Shown here piece by piece: positions 1 to 12,139 of a DNA stretch of 64,000 bases. Location of the stretch: the NCBI RefSeq assembly GCF_044704955.1, contig NC_091984.1:144770001-144834000 (forward strand), read 5' to 3'. Position 1 is the first letter of the stretch. Each line of letters begins with the position of its first letter. This DNA comes from Pristiophorus japonicus. Taxonomy: Eukaryota. The notes below the pieces were generated by a model. The model had not been told where the DNA came from, did not search any database, and saw nothing but the letters and a program-made list of their open reading frames with translations. The position numbers and the translations under genes were made by a program.

Positions 1-137
1 GTCCAACTCGACTGACCAGTGATTGAAGGGCAAATGCTGACACTAGAGGAGAGCTCAGTGTCTCGAGCAATCTCTCATTTTACAGCGTCTTTCTGTGACA
101 GTGCTTACTTCACTTTCTTTCCCCATTTCCCCCTCAG

Positions 138-439
138 GTATCAGTGGGGACATCATCATGACCCAGTCACCCCCGGTGCTGTCAGTGAGTGAGGGACAGA
201 CTGCAACCATCACCTGTACCGCCAGTGCATCCGTTAGCAGCAATTATGTTGCTTGGTACCAGCAGAAAGCCGGGCAGAAACCCACTCTGCTGATCTATGC
301 AGCAACAACTCGTTTCACTGGAACCTCCGATCGCTTCACCGGCAGTTACCAGTCCAACACGTACACCCTGAGCATCAGCAAAGTGCAGAGCGAGGATGTC
401 GCAGACTATTACTGTCAGCAACATAGCAGCTCCCCTCTA
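138..439 (+). CDS. IGKV: Ig kappa (type III/NS4-like) V exon, cluster 1, germline (unrearranged)
   Basis: Pyrimidine tract and AG acceptor at 136-137. Reads (G)[51 protein letters not shown], with both Cys and the Trp conserved, and is followed directly by an RSS. By homology with cluster 2 the leader exon lies just outside the window. Confidence 0.97.
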
Positions 440-467
440 CACTGTGATACACAGCCGTACAAAAACC
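440..467 (+). other. V recombination signal, 12-bp spacer
   Basis: CACTGTG (440-446), 12-bp spacer ATACACAGCCGT, consensus nonamer ACAAAAACC (459-467). V12/J23 is the kappa-type arrangement. Confidence 0.97.
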
Positions 468-769
468 TCAATATACACAGCCCCACCTCCTGTACTGACT
501 CACCCCACAGTTATATATAATATATAATAATGGACACAAAGCCCCACCTCCTGTACGGTTTTACACATGACTGACACACAGCTCGATGGGAGTGACAGCA
601 GGAATATTCAGCTGGAAGCTGCAGTGAATTGGGAAAGGATGGAGTGGGTCAGAGAGGATTTGGGGCTGTGTCTTCATCACTGAGAATCTCACAGCTCTAC
701 TCTGTACATTCAGACAGCACGGAGACACTGGGTGTTCCCTGTGTCCTCAATACAAATAATCTCACAAAC

Positions 770-1330
770 CCCCCCACTATTGAGAGGGCCACAACTTATA
801 AAACCCAAAGCATAAACATGAAAGGATAGTGAACAAGTGAAATGGTCGTGCTCTTTCCCTGCCCACCCCACACTCCAGGCCCTGCGGTGCCCACCCGTCG
901 CAGAAGGCCTCAGGCCTACCTGGGCTCCGTCCCCAGGTCCACCCGGGTGTGGACAAAGCCCCCGAAGGGAGACAGGCAGGCAGTGCGACCACCCCATGGG
1001 CCCCGTCCAACTGCGACCTGTGGATGGTCACCTCCGACCTGCCCACTCCACCCGCAGCGGGTGACTAGGCCCAGGAGCAGGCCCACGGGGAGGCCCTCCG
1101 ACCTGCCTACTCCCCCGGCACTGGGTGGCCAGGCCCAGGAGCAGGCCCACGGGGAGGCCCTCCGACCTGCCCACTCCCCCCGCACCGGGTGACCAGGCCC
1201 AGGAGCGTGGGACTGAAGTGGAGCCAGAAATCGAGGAGCAGCCCCTTCAAATAGTGGAAGAGGGGCTGCATCCTCTCACACTCCACGTACACACGGGTCA
1301 CGGACTGAGGAAACAGGTTTCTAAAGCCCC
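770..1330 (-). mobile_element. Tx1-clade non-LTR retrotransposon 3' fragment in the V-J interval, with internal ~60-bp tandem duplications
   Basis: Minus-strand peptides ECERMQPLFHYLKGLLLDFWLHFSP and GRSEGLPVGLLLG match the C-terminus of ORF 7661-8473. An orthologous copy lies at ~55430-55810. Confidence 0.8.
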
Positions 1331-1579
1331 TAAAACTCGTTATTTTATAATGATCCGCGAGGAAGGCCTGTGTCAGCAACACAAACATCTCACTTGCAGA
1401 CGGAGCCCGTTGTTCAAGGGGCACAAAGAGATGAGCCCTGTGTGACGGGGACTTTCATTCTCCAGCAATTCCGTGGCCCCAGGGTTACCGTCTGATGGGG
1501 CGGGAAGGGCAGCTGGGAGATTTGTCCCAAACACGTTGGATCTCCAACTCTCCCGGGCACTGCCACAGACAGCTCGGAC

Positions 1580-1860
1580 ACAGAGAGAGGGAGGGAGGGA
1601 GGGAGAGTGTAAGTGAAGGAGTGAGAGAAAGAGAGTGAGAGGGAGGGAAAGAGAGACTGAGGGAGAGAGAGAGATCGAGGGAATAAGTGAGAGAGGGAGT
1701 GAATGAGGGGAAGATGCAGAGAGAGAGTGAAGGAGAAAGGGTGAGAGAGAGAGAGAGAGAAAAAATGAAGGAGAGTGAGAGAGAAACCGAGAGAGCAACA
1801 GATAGAGTGAGACACTGAGAAAGAGACAGAGGGAGACCCCCACACACACACACAGACTGA
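1580..1860. repeat. GA-rich polypurine tract with a short (CA)n, upstream of J
   Basis: Visible directly. A diverged counterpart lies at ~56070-56305. Confidence 0.9.
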
Positions 1861-1876
1861 GTGAGCCAGGGACGGA

Positions 1877-1915
1877 GGATATTGTACAGCCGCTGCACTG
1901 GAAGCTGTCACTGTG
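1877..1915 (-). other. J recombination signal, 23-bp spacer
   Basis: Nonamer GGATATTGT (1877-1885; 7/9 match to GGTTTTTGT), 23-bp spacer, consensus heptamer CACTGTG (1909-1915). Confidence 0.95.
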
Positions 1916-1950
1916 GCTCACGTTCGGTAAAGGAACCAAGCTCAGACTGA
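1916..1950 (+). CDS. IGKJ: Ig kappa J segment, cluster 1 (LTFGKGTKLRL)
   Basis: FGXG motif. Phase-1 donor A|GTAAGT at 1951 splices in frame to the C exon (A+GC = Ser). Confidence 0.97.
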
Positions 1951-2069
1951 GTAAGTAAACCCCAATGCTCCGTTATTAACACTTTAAATACTGAATCTTT
2001 CTAAGACACAAATGCTGAATATGCGAAGGTGTTAGTTTACATATGATTACATTTGATCCTTCCATCTTT

Positions 2070-2475
2070 CCTCATCTAAATCTATCAGCATAACCCTCTA
2101 TTCCCTTCTCCCTCATATCCCTGTCTAGCCTCCCCTTAAATATATCGATACTATTCACTTCAATCACTCCCTGTGGTAGCCAGTTCCACATTCTCACCAC
2201 TCGCTGGGTAAAGAATTTTCTCCTGAATTCCCGATTGGATTTCTTGCTGACTATCTTATATTGATGGCCTCTAGTTCTGCTCTTCCCCACAAGTGGAAAC
2301 ACTCTCTCTGTATCCACTCTATCAAAACCTTTCCTAATGTTAAAGACCTCCATCAGGTCACCCCTCAGCCTCAAGAGAAAAGAGCCCCAGCCTGTTCATC
2401 CTTTCCTGATATGTACACCCTCGCATTTCTGGTCCCATCCTTGTAAACCTTCTCTGCACCCTCTCCAGTGCCTGT
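2070..2475 (-). mobile_element. CR1-clade LINE 3' fragment
   Basis: RLRGDLMEVF...TRGH...FFTQRVV.WN.LP, the typical CR1 ORF2 C-terminus. Paralog at ~56517-56920. Confidence 0.9.
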
Positions 2476-3039
2476 GTATGGGTTATATAATATGGTGGGG
2501 AGCTGCGGTGAATGAAAGGGTTAATTGAAGAGTGCTGTGTATGACAGGGAGCCCGGCTGTATTCCTTTACCCACACTCCCCATTCACCCAGAAAAGTATA
2601 AGTAACGAACTGTTACCCACCGTGTGGAGGAGATCTGGACGTTGGCACACTGCGGTCCCATCCCTGCACCATCCCCGGAAATCGCTCCCGAGCCTCCTGC
2701 CTGTCTCAGTGTGACAGACACCATGTGTGAGACACGGTCAGAGTGTGGGTGTGAGTGAGTGAGCTCGCTGGGGGCAGTCTGTGCTCCTGTCACAGTCTCT
2801 GATATAACTGAGCTCAGCCTCAGCACACTGACACTCCCGAGGTCCCGCCTCCCCCAGCTCCAACTCTGATCTGTCCAGCCCCCGCTCACCTCCTGTCCAA
2901 CTTCTGATCACAAACAGGGGCAGCAGGCCTCGCAATCCGGCGGCTGCAGTGCTCCAGGGTTGTGGGGAGACTCTCAGTTGCTGTTTCTGTGGCTCGAGTT
3001 CAGGCCGATATTTATCCCGCAACCTACATCGCTTAAACG

Positions 3040-4970
3040 TAAAAACATGGAAAATAGGAGCAGTAGTAGGCCATTCGGCCCTTCGAGTCTGCACCGACAT
3101 TCAATATGATCATGTCTGATCCCCTGTCTCAACACCATATTCCCGCTTTTTCCCTTTGCCCCTTGATGCCTTTTGTAAGCCAAGGGGTAAGCCATTTAGG
3201 ACCGAGATGAGGAGAAACTTCTTCACCCAGAGAGTGGTGAACCTGTGGAATTCTCTACCACAGAAAGTTGTTGAGGCCAATTCACTAAATATATTCAAAA
3301 AGGAGTTAGATGAAGTCCTTACTACTAGGGGGATCAAGGGGTATGGCAAGAAAGCAGGAATGGGGTACTGAAGTTGCATGTTCAGCCATGAACTCATTGA
3401 ATGGTGGTGCAGGCTAGAAGGGCCGAATTGCCTACTCCTGCACCTATTTTCTATGTTTCTAGAAATCCATCTATCTGCCTCTTAAATATATTCAGTGATT
3501 TGGCCTCCACAGCCTTCTGTGGTGGAGAATTCCACAGGTTCTCCACCCTCTGAGTGAAAACATTTCTCCTCATCTCGGTCCTAAATTTCCTACCTCGTAT
3601 CCTGAGATTGTGACCACTTATTCTAAACTTCCCAGCCCGGGAAAGCATCCTCCCCAGATCCAGTCTATCCAACCCAGTCAGAATTTTATACGTTTCAATG
3701 AGATCCCCTCATTCTTCTAAACTCTAGTGACTGCAGGCCCAGTCGACCCAATCTCTTTTTATACGACAGTCCTGCCATCCCAGGAATCAGTCTGGTGAAC
3801 CTTCGCTGCACTCCCTCTATGGCAAGGATATCCTTTCTTAGGTAAGGAGACCAAAGCTGCACATAATACTCCAGGTGCGGTCTCACCAAGGCCCTGTAGT
3901 CAGACCTCGTTGCTCAAATCCTCTTGCAATGAAGGCCAACGTACCATTTGCTTTCCTAACTGCTTGCTGCACCTGTATGTTTGCTTTCACTGACTGGTGT
4001 ACAAGGACACCCAGGTCCCTCTGTACATCGACACTTCACAAACCATCACCATTTAAATAATACTTTGTCCTTATGTTTTTCCTACCAAAGTGAGTAACTT
4101 CACATTTATCCACAATATGTTACATCTGTCATGTGTTTGCTCACTCACTCAACCTATCTAAGTTTCATTGCATCCTCCTCACAACTCATAATCCCATCTA
4201 ATTTTGTGCTGTCAGCAAACTTGGAAATATTACATTTGGTTCCCTCATTCAAATCATTTATTTATACATTGTGAATATCTGGGGCCCAAGCACTGATCCC
4301 TGTGGTACCCCACTCGTCACTGCCCGCCACCCTGAAACACACCCATTTATTCCGACTGTTTCCTCTCAGTTAACCAATTTTCAATCCATGCCAATACATT
4401 ACCCACAATCCTATGTGCTTTAATTTTGCACACTAACCTCTTTTGTGGGATTTTTATCGAAAGCCTTCTGAAAATCCAAATACACTACACCCACTGGTTC
4501 TCCATTATCTATTCTATCAGTTAGATCCTCAAAAAACTCCAGTAGGTTACTTTCATAAATCCACGTGACTGTCTTTAACCCCGTTGATGTTATCTAAGTG
4601 CGCCGTTATCACATCCTTTATAATAGACTCCAGTATTTTCCCTATTAATGACCGGTCTGTAGTTCCCCGTTCTCTCTCCCTCCTTTTTTAAATAGTGGGG
4701 TTACATTTGCCACCCTCCAATCTGCAGGAACTGTTCCATAATCTATAGAATTTTGGAAAATGACAACCAATGGATCTACTATTTCCATGGCTACCTCTTT
4801 TAATACTCTGGGATGCAGATCATCAGACCCTGGGGATTTATCGGCCTTCAGGCCCATTAGTTTCTCCAGCACTATTTTCTTACTAATAATCATTTCCTTT
4901 AATTCCTCTTGTTCACTAGATCCATGTTTCCCGAGCATTTCTGGGAAGTTATTTGTATCCTCTTCCGTGA
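3040..4970 (-). mobile_element. CR1 LINE (degraded RT to 3' end) with an opposite-strand CR1 3' fragment nested at ~3178-3455
   Basis: VRPHLEY, DKSPGSDDLHPRVLKE and WRVANVTPLFKKG motifs. The nested piece is absent from the paralog at ~57485-59205. Confidence 0.9.
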
Positions 4971-5239
4971 AGAGATCATTTACCTCAGTGCTGTGTGTGG
5001 GAGCTTGCTGTGCACATATTGGTTCCCGTGTTGGCCACATTACAACAGTGACGACACTTCAAAATGTACTTCATTGGCTGTGAAGCACTTTGGGACATCC
5101 TGAGGTGTGAAAGGTGCAATATAAATGCAGGTCTTTCTTTAATTTCTCTTTTCTTTTTATTAACTGGGACTTGCACAATTTCCCTCTGATTAAACCTGGA
5201 CCCAGCAGAAAATCCCCAGATCACGGACTAACGTTCCAT

Positions 5240-5695
5240 AAGAACATGGGAATTAGGAGCAGGAGGAGGCCATTTGGCCTCTCGAGCCTGCTCCACCATT
5301 CAATGAGATCATGGCTGATCTTCTACCTCAACTCCACTTTCCTGCACTGTCCCCATATCCATCGATCCCTTAATATCCAAAAATCTATCGATCTCCGGAA
5401 TATACTCAAGGACTGAGCCTCCACAGCCCTCTGGGGTAGAGAATTCCAGAGATTCACCACCCTCTGAGTGAAGAGGTTTCTCCTCATCTCAGTCCTAAAT
5501 GGCCGACCCCTTATTCTGAGACTGTGACCCCTGGTTCTAGACTTCCCAGCCAGAGGAAACATCCTCCCTGCATCTACACTGTCAAGCCCTGTCAAAATAT
5601 TGTATGTTTCAATGAGATCCCCTCTCATTCTTCTAAACACTAGAGAATATCGGCCTAGTCTATTCAATCTCTCCATAGGACAATCCCCCCATCCC
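5240..5695 (-). mobile_element. CR1 3' fragment
   Basis: RRMRGDLIETY...TRGHSLRIRG...WNSLPQ. Confidence 0.9.
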
Positions 5696-5779
5696 AGTTG
5701 TCCGTCTGATGTGTCTGTGTGTTTGTCACACATGACGGAGCAGACAGCAGGAGTTCCACCAGCAACACAGGACGTTACC

Positions 5780-5945
5780 TCAGTGCCCGGCCCACTTTCC
5801 CCATCCACTTACCATATTCTTACAGGTAAACGGGCTCAGCACCTGCCCTCGGCCGGTGAAATGTCTCCCCTCTACACCACAGGCTGCCCGTCATCTGCTC
5901 CCCCCATCTCACTCCTGAAGGCACTTCCTCTGGCTGGGGCTCAGC
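5780..5945. promoter_or_regulatory. Candidate J-C intronic enhancer (E-box, RUNX and PU.1 motifs)
   Basis: Non-TE island with CACCTG (5840-5845), ACCACA (5876-5881), CATCTG (5892-5897) and CACTTCCTCT (5922-5931). Function is inferred only. Confidence 0.45.
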
Positions 5946-5949
5946 TCCT

Positions 5950-6084
5950 CTCCCCAAGTGGGCTCACTGTCCCAGTGTGAGCCCAGAGACTGAGCTCCCC
6001 AAGTGGGCTCACTGTCCCAGTGTGAGCCCAGAGACTGAGCTCCCCAAGTGGCCTCATTGTCCCAGTGTGAGTCCAGAGAGTGAG
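5950..6084. repeat. 45-bp tandem repeat, three copies
   Basis: Unit CTCCCCAAGTGGGCTCACTGTCCCAGTGTGAGCCCAGAGACTGAG. Two copies at ~17537-17626. Confidence 0.95.
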
Positions 6085-6149
6085 CGTGTCAGGCTAATCG
6101 ACCGTGAGGTGTCAGCCGTGGCTCAGTCGCTAGCATGCTCGGCTCTGAG

Positions 6150-6440
6150 AAAAGGAAGATTTGCATTTATATAGCGCCTTTCACGGCCACCAGACATCCC
6201 AAAGTGCTTTACAGCCAATGAAGTACTTTTTGAAGTGTACTCACTGTTGTAATGTGGGAAACTCAGCAGCCAATTTGTGCACAGCAAGCTCCCACAAACA
6301 GCAATGTGCTGATAACCAAATAACCTGTTTTGTTATGTTGATTGTTGGATAAATATTGGCCAGGACACCGGAGTTTGATTTGAACCCACAATCTCTGACT
6401 CAGAAGCGAGGGTGGTTCCAACTGAGCCACTGGCTGACAC
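6150..6440 (-). mobile_element. tRNA-derived DeuSINE-type SINE (SacSINE1/AmnSINE-like tail), internally deleted
   Basis: Reverse complement of ...GGCTGTAAAGCACTTTGGGA...GGCGCTATATAAATGCAA, plus a GTTCAAATC B-box. Confidence 0.75.
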
Positions 6441-9400
6441 CATTCGGCCCATCATGTCCGTGCCGGCTGACAAAGATCTATCCAGCCTCATCCCACTTTC
6501 CAGCTCTGGGTCCGTAGCTCTGTAGGTTACGGCACTTCAAGTGCACATCCAAGTACTTCTTAAATGTAGTGAGGGTTTCTGCCCCTACCACCCTTTCAGG
6601 TAGTGAGTTCCAGACCCCCACCACCCTCTGGGTGAAAAGGATTCTCCTCAACTACCCTCTAATCCTTCTATCAATTACTTTAAATCTGTGACACCTGGTT
6701 AGTGACCCTACTGCTGAGGAAAATAGGTCTCGGCCGCATCCTCCGCCAGGATCAACTGAGAAATGTTCCGCACTCCTGGTGGGTCAGTGGCAGGTGGACT
6801 CCCTGCCGGAGGAGCTCAGGCCTTTTGCCTAGAGCATGACCCATCTCCTCTATCTGGGAGTCTACCTTAGCACTGCCGAGGAAGCCTGGCCGGCGAACTG
6901 CCAGGAGCTGGAGGCCAAAGTCGCCGCTCACCGAGGGCGCTGGACAGGACTGCTCTGAGTGCTGTCCGACAGGGGTCCAGTGCTAGTCATAAACCAGCTG
7001 GTGGCCTCTATGCTGTGGTACCGGCTGGTCACTTTGACCCCTCCCCCTGCGTTTGTCGCCAAGATACAGAAGAAGCTGGTGGACTTCTTCTGGAACAACA
7101 GGAAACATTGGGTCTTTGCTGCGGTTTTAAGTCTCCCGCTCAGGGAGGGCGGTCAGGCGTTGGCATGCATCAGTACCCAGCATGCGACTTTCCGTCTTCA
7201 GACCCTACAGAGATACCTGTACGTCGAGCCCCCTCCTACGTGCATTGGGGACGTATTTCTTCCGCCAGCAGTACTGCCTCAATTATGACACGCAGCTCCT
7301 GTTTGTGAGCCTGGGGGGCATCAGGACCCCCATACGGGGGCTTCCTGTCTTTTACCAGGAATTCATCAGAGTCTGGAACAGTGTCGCCACCAATCGCAGG
7401 TCTCCCCCGTCTGGAGTGGCAGCTGTCCTGCAGGAGCCGCTGCTCAGGAATCTGTACCTCCATGACCGCGGTTTTAGGTGACAGGCAGACGAGAGTGCTG
7501 TGGCTGGCGAGGTGACCAGGGTCAGGGATCTGCTCGATGACGGAGGAGCGGGCTGGATGGTGCCAGACAAGGTAGCATGTTGCCTAAACTGGGCCGACGT
7601 CCAGCACGCGGCCAATGCCATCGAGTCGCTAAAAACAGCACTGGTCCCTGACTCCGTTAGGTGTGCCGAGGAGGCTCAAGCACGTGGGCCGATCCCCTCC
7701 GAAATGACGCCCGTCCAGACAGAATTCCTCATCGCACCAAGCCCCGAAACCTCCTTTGGGAGCCGGCGCCTCCCAACTTGAGCCTCCTCGGGGAAATCCC
7801 CTCCGTGCATTTCAGTTCTGCGCTGAGGGGTTTCCTGTACGGGCTGCTCCTGCACACTATCCACCTTTCCACCCTCGTCTGCCGTCCAGACATGCCATGG
7901 CATACCATCTTGTCGTCCGGAGGAGGCGGGTGTCCCCAGTGGATTGCACTCTTCACGCGAGTCCTCCCTCTATTTATTGGGGACTTGGCCTGGAGGGTGT
8001 TGCACGGAGCAGTCCCGTGCAATAAGTTTTTAAGTCGGTTCACGGGCTCCCAGGCCGCCTGCAATTTCTGCTGTCTGGAAGAGTCCGTGTTCCTTGTTTT
8101 TATGGAGTGTGTGAGGTTGCAGTCCCTCTTCTGTTATTTGAAGGGGCTGCTCCTCAAATTCTGGTTGCACTTCAGTCCCATACTCCTGATCTTTGGGCAC
8201 ACTGTGCGGAGAGGAGCGGGCAGATCAGAAGGCCTCCCCGTAGGACTGCTCCTGGGCATGGCCAAGGGGGCCATCAGCCGGTCCAGGCAGCGGGCGGTCG
8301 AAGGGGTCGTTCATCCTGACTGCCTGCCTCTCTTCCGCGGTTACATCCGAGCCAGGGTGTCCCTGGAGCTGGAGCACGCGGTGTCCACCGGTACGCTCGC
8401 GGCCTTCCGCGAGAGGTGGGCGCCGGAGGGACTGAAGTGCATCATCACCACCGGCAACCAAATTTTAATTTAATCATTTAAGTTTAAAGTTTAATTTGTT
8501 TAATTTGCCAGTTTTAGTGCCCCCCCTTTTTCGCCCAGGGGACACTTGTATAATTTGTGTGTTGGTGCCCTCAAAAAAAAACGGGCACTGGAAAAATGTA
8601 TCTTGGTGTATGACCCTCCCCCCGCCCCCCTTCAGGGGGCATTTGTTTAAAGTGCACAAATAAAATAGTTGTGGGAAATAGATCCTTCCTACCCACTCTA
8701 TCTCAGCCCCTCATAATTTTATACACCTCAATTAAATCTCCCCTCAGCCTCCTCTGCTCCAAAGAAAATAACCCAGCCTATCCAATCTTTCATCTTAACT
8801 AAAATGTTCCAGTCCTGGTAACATCCTTGTAAATCTCCTTTGTACTCTAGCTGTGGCCGAACTAGTATTTTAAACAGTTATAGCATAACCTTTCTGTGCT
8901 TACATTCACTGCCACGACTAATAAAGGCAAGTATCCCATATGCCTACTTAGCCACCTTATCTACCTGGCCTGCTATCTTCAGGGATCTGTGGACCTGCAC
9001 TCCAAGGTCCTCTACACTTCTCAGGGTGCTACCATTTAATGTGTCTTCCCTTGCCTTGTTAGCCTTCCTCAAATGCATTACCTCACAGTTCTCTGGATTG
9101 AAATCCATTTGCCACTGTTCTGCCCACCTGACCAGTCCATTGATACCTTCCTGCAACAACAGCTCTCTTCCTCACTATCATCTGCAAACTTCTGAATCAT
9201 GTTCCCGATATTGAAGTCTAAATCATTGATGCATATTACAAAGAGCAAGGGACTTAGTACTGAGCCCTGTGGAACCCTATTCGAAACATCCTTCCAGTCA
9301 CAAAAACACCCGTTGACCATTACCCTTGGCTTCCTGCCACTGAACCAATTTTGGATCCAACTTGCTACTTTCCCTTGGATCCCATGGGCTTTTACTTTTC

Positions 9401-10915
9401 TGCCACGTGAGACTTTGCCAAATGCCTTGCAAAAATCCATGTAGACTACATCAAAGGTGCAACACTCATCGACCCTCCTTGTTATCTCCGCAAAAAATTC
9501 ACTCAAGTTAGTCAGGCACGACCTTCCCTTAACAATTCCATGCTGACTATCCTTGATTAATCTGTCCCTCAGAATTGTTTCCAATAATTTTCCCACCACC
9601 GAGGTTAGGCTGACTGGCCTGTAATTACTCGGTCTATCCCTTTCTCACTTTTTAAACAAAGGTACACGTTAGCAGTCCTCCAGTCCTCCGACACCACACC
9701 TGGAGCCAGAGAGGATTGGAAAATGATGGTCAGAGCCTCTGCTATTTCCTCCCTTGCTTCTCTTAACAACCTGGGATACATTTGATCTGGGCCTGGTGAT
9801 TTATCCACTTTCAAAGCTGCTAAGCCCCTCAATACTTCCTCTCTCACTATGTTTATCTCATCTCATATTTCACACTTCTCCTCCTTAATTACAATGTCTG
9901 CATCGTCCCTCTCTTCTGTGAAGACAGGTGCAAATTATTCACAAAGAACCATACCCACGTTTCCGTCTCCACACAGGTTATCTTTTTGGTCTCCAATAGG
10001 CCCCACTCTTACCTTGCTCTTTATGTATTTATAAAACATCTTTGGGTTTTCCTTGATATTACTTGCTCTTTATGTATTTATAAAACATCTTTGGGTTTTC
10101 CTTGATATTACTTGCCAATATGTTTTCATGCCCTCTCTTTGCATTCCTAATTTCCTTTTTAATTTCACCCCTGCACTTTCTATACTTTTCTGGGCTTTCT
10201 GCAGTATTTAGCTCTGGGTATCTGACATCAGCTTCCCTTTTTTGCCTTATCCTACCCTGTATGACCTGTGCCATCCAGGGGGCTCTAGATTTGGGAGTGC
10301 CACCCTTTTCCTTTGTGGGAACATACTTGCTCTGAACCCTCACTATCTCCCCGTTGAATACCTCCCACTGCTCTGACACTGATTTACCTTCAAGTAGCTG
10401 TTTCCAGCCCACTTTTGCTAAATCACCTCTCAGCTTAGTAAAATGGGCCTTTCCCCAATTGAGAACCTTTATTCCTGCTCCATCTTTGTCCTTTTCCATA
10501 ACTACACTAAATCTAACTGAATTATAATCACTGGCACCAAAATGCTCTCCCACTGATACCCCTTCCACCTGCCCAGCTTCATTCCCTAAAACTAAGCCCA
10601 GAAACGTCCCCTCCCTTGTTGGGCTTGCTACGTACTGGCTATAAAAGTTCTCCTGAATGCATTTTAAGAATTCTGCGACCTCTATACCTTTGACACTGAT
10701 TCCATCCCAGTTAATGTGAGGGGAGTTGAAATCCCCGACTATTGCTGCCCGATTGTTTTTGACATTCTCAGCAATTTGCCGACATATTTTCTTTTCTATC
10801 TCCCTCTGACTGTTTAGGGGTCGATAGTACACTCCCAGCAGTGTGATCGCCCCTTTTATGTTCATCAGTTTAACCCATATGGACTCATTTGATGATCCTT
10901 CGAACATATCATCCC
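6440..10915 (-). mobile_element. Long degraded CR1 LINE (AP endonuclease and RT), interrupted by a Tx1 element
   Basis: ORF 10059-10907 has GVYYRP, VGDFN and SDYNSV endonuclease motifs; PQGSVL and KFADD RT motifs follow. The host sequence resumes at ~8672. Confidence 0.9.
6730..8670 (+). mobile_element. Tx1-clade (L1-like) retrotransposon, 3' part of ORF2, 5'-truncated and frameshifted
   Basis: LVINQLVASMLWY, LPLREGG, DLAWRVLHGAV and CNFC..EESV..VFMEC zf-RVT-like motifs. Ends in AAATAAAATAGTT. Confidence 0.85.
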
Positions 10916-12139
10916 TCTGTCAGAGGTGCTGTCTTTCAGATAAGACGTTAAACTGAAGTCCCGTCTGCCCTCTCAGGTGGACATGAAAGATCCCATAATC
11001 ACTACTGGAAGTGCAAGGGGGTTCTTCCCAGTGTCCTGGCCAATATTTATCCCACAACCAACATAGTTAAAACTGATGATCTGGTCATGATCTCATTGCA
11101 GTCTGGGAGCTTCATAGAATCAGAGAAATTTACAGCATGAAAGGAGGCCATTTGGCCCATCGTGTCCGCGCCGGCCGACAAAGATCTATCCAGCCTAATC
11201 CCACTTTCCAGCTCATGGTCCGTAGTCCTGTGGGTTACGGCACTTCAAGTGTACATCCAAGTATTTCTTAAATGTGGTGAGGATTTCTGCCTCTACCATC
11301 CTTTCAGGCAGTGAGTTCCAGACCCCCACCACCCTCTGGGTGATGACATTTCCCCTCAAATCCCCAGTAAATCTCCTACCAATCACTTAAAATCTATGCC
11401 CTGGTTATTGATCCCGATTCTAAGGGAAATATGTCCGTCCTATCCATGCTATCTAGGGCCCTCATAATTTTATAAACCTCAATAAGGTCTCCCCTCAGCC
11501 TCCTCTGTTCCAAAGAAAACAACCCCAGCCTATCCAATCTTTCCTCATAGCTAAAATTTTGCAGTCCAGGCAACATCCTCGTAAACCTTCCTGTGTGCAA
11601 TTGGTTGGAAAGCAACTTCGGAAGTCCTGAGGTTGTGAAAGGCGCTATATAAATTCAAGGCTTTCTTTCATTGAAGTGGGTGGGCCCTGATCCTGACCCT
11701 CAGCCATTGTCCGCACACTCTGACTCCCAGGAGGTCACGGGATCATTGGGAGCAGTGACCCTGCCTGACCCCGGTACACTGAGGCTAATTGTAGCCTCAC
11801 CATTGACCTCACCCCGGTGCTGGGCAGCAAGCTTTTAAATGCAATCTAGAAGCTTCTGCACCGACACCCAACATGAAGCCTTGCTGAAGTGTGTTTATAC
11901 AAGTGTGTCGCAATGTTCCCGGATAAAGTTCTCCCGATCTGTGTGTGATCTGAGCTTTCTCACTGCTGAGCCTGTTTCCCCTGTATCCACCCATCTACAG
12001 TTCGAGCTTCCTGCCAGTGAACAGTGTCTTAATGGGACACTCAGTCTTTACCGACTCTTACTGTTAACCATTTCAGTGCTGAGTGTGTGCCAACCCTGCA
12101 CTGTAGATGTTTATACAACGGTCCAATATGATTTTGCGT

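Noticed and set aside
95-520. ORF-track 141-aa protein as a complete gene (also 54758-55180)
   Set aside because: It reads through intron and RSS; the real unit is the spliced V exon.
1373-1939. Long Ser/Leu-rich minus-strand ORFs (also 51410-52072, 55863-56386)
   Set aside because: Artefacts of GA- and G-rich low-complexity tracts and the N gap.
138-1950. Germline-joined VJ or lambda-type light chain
   Set aside because: V and J are separate with intact V12/J23 signals, and the sequences are type III/kappa-like.
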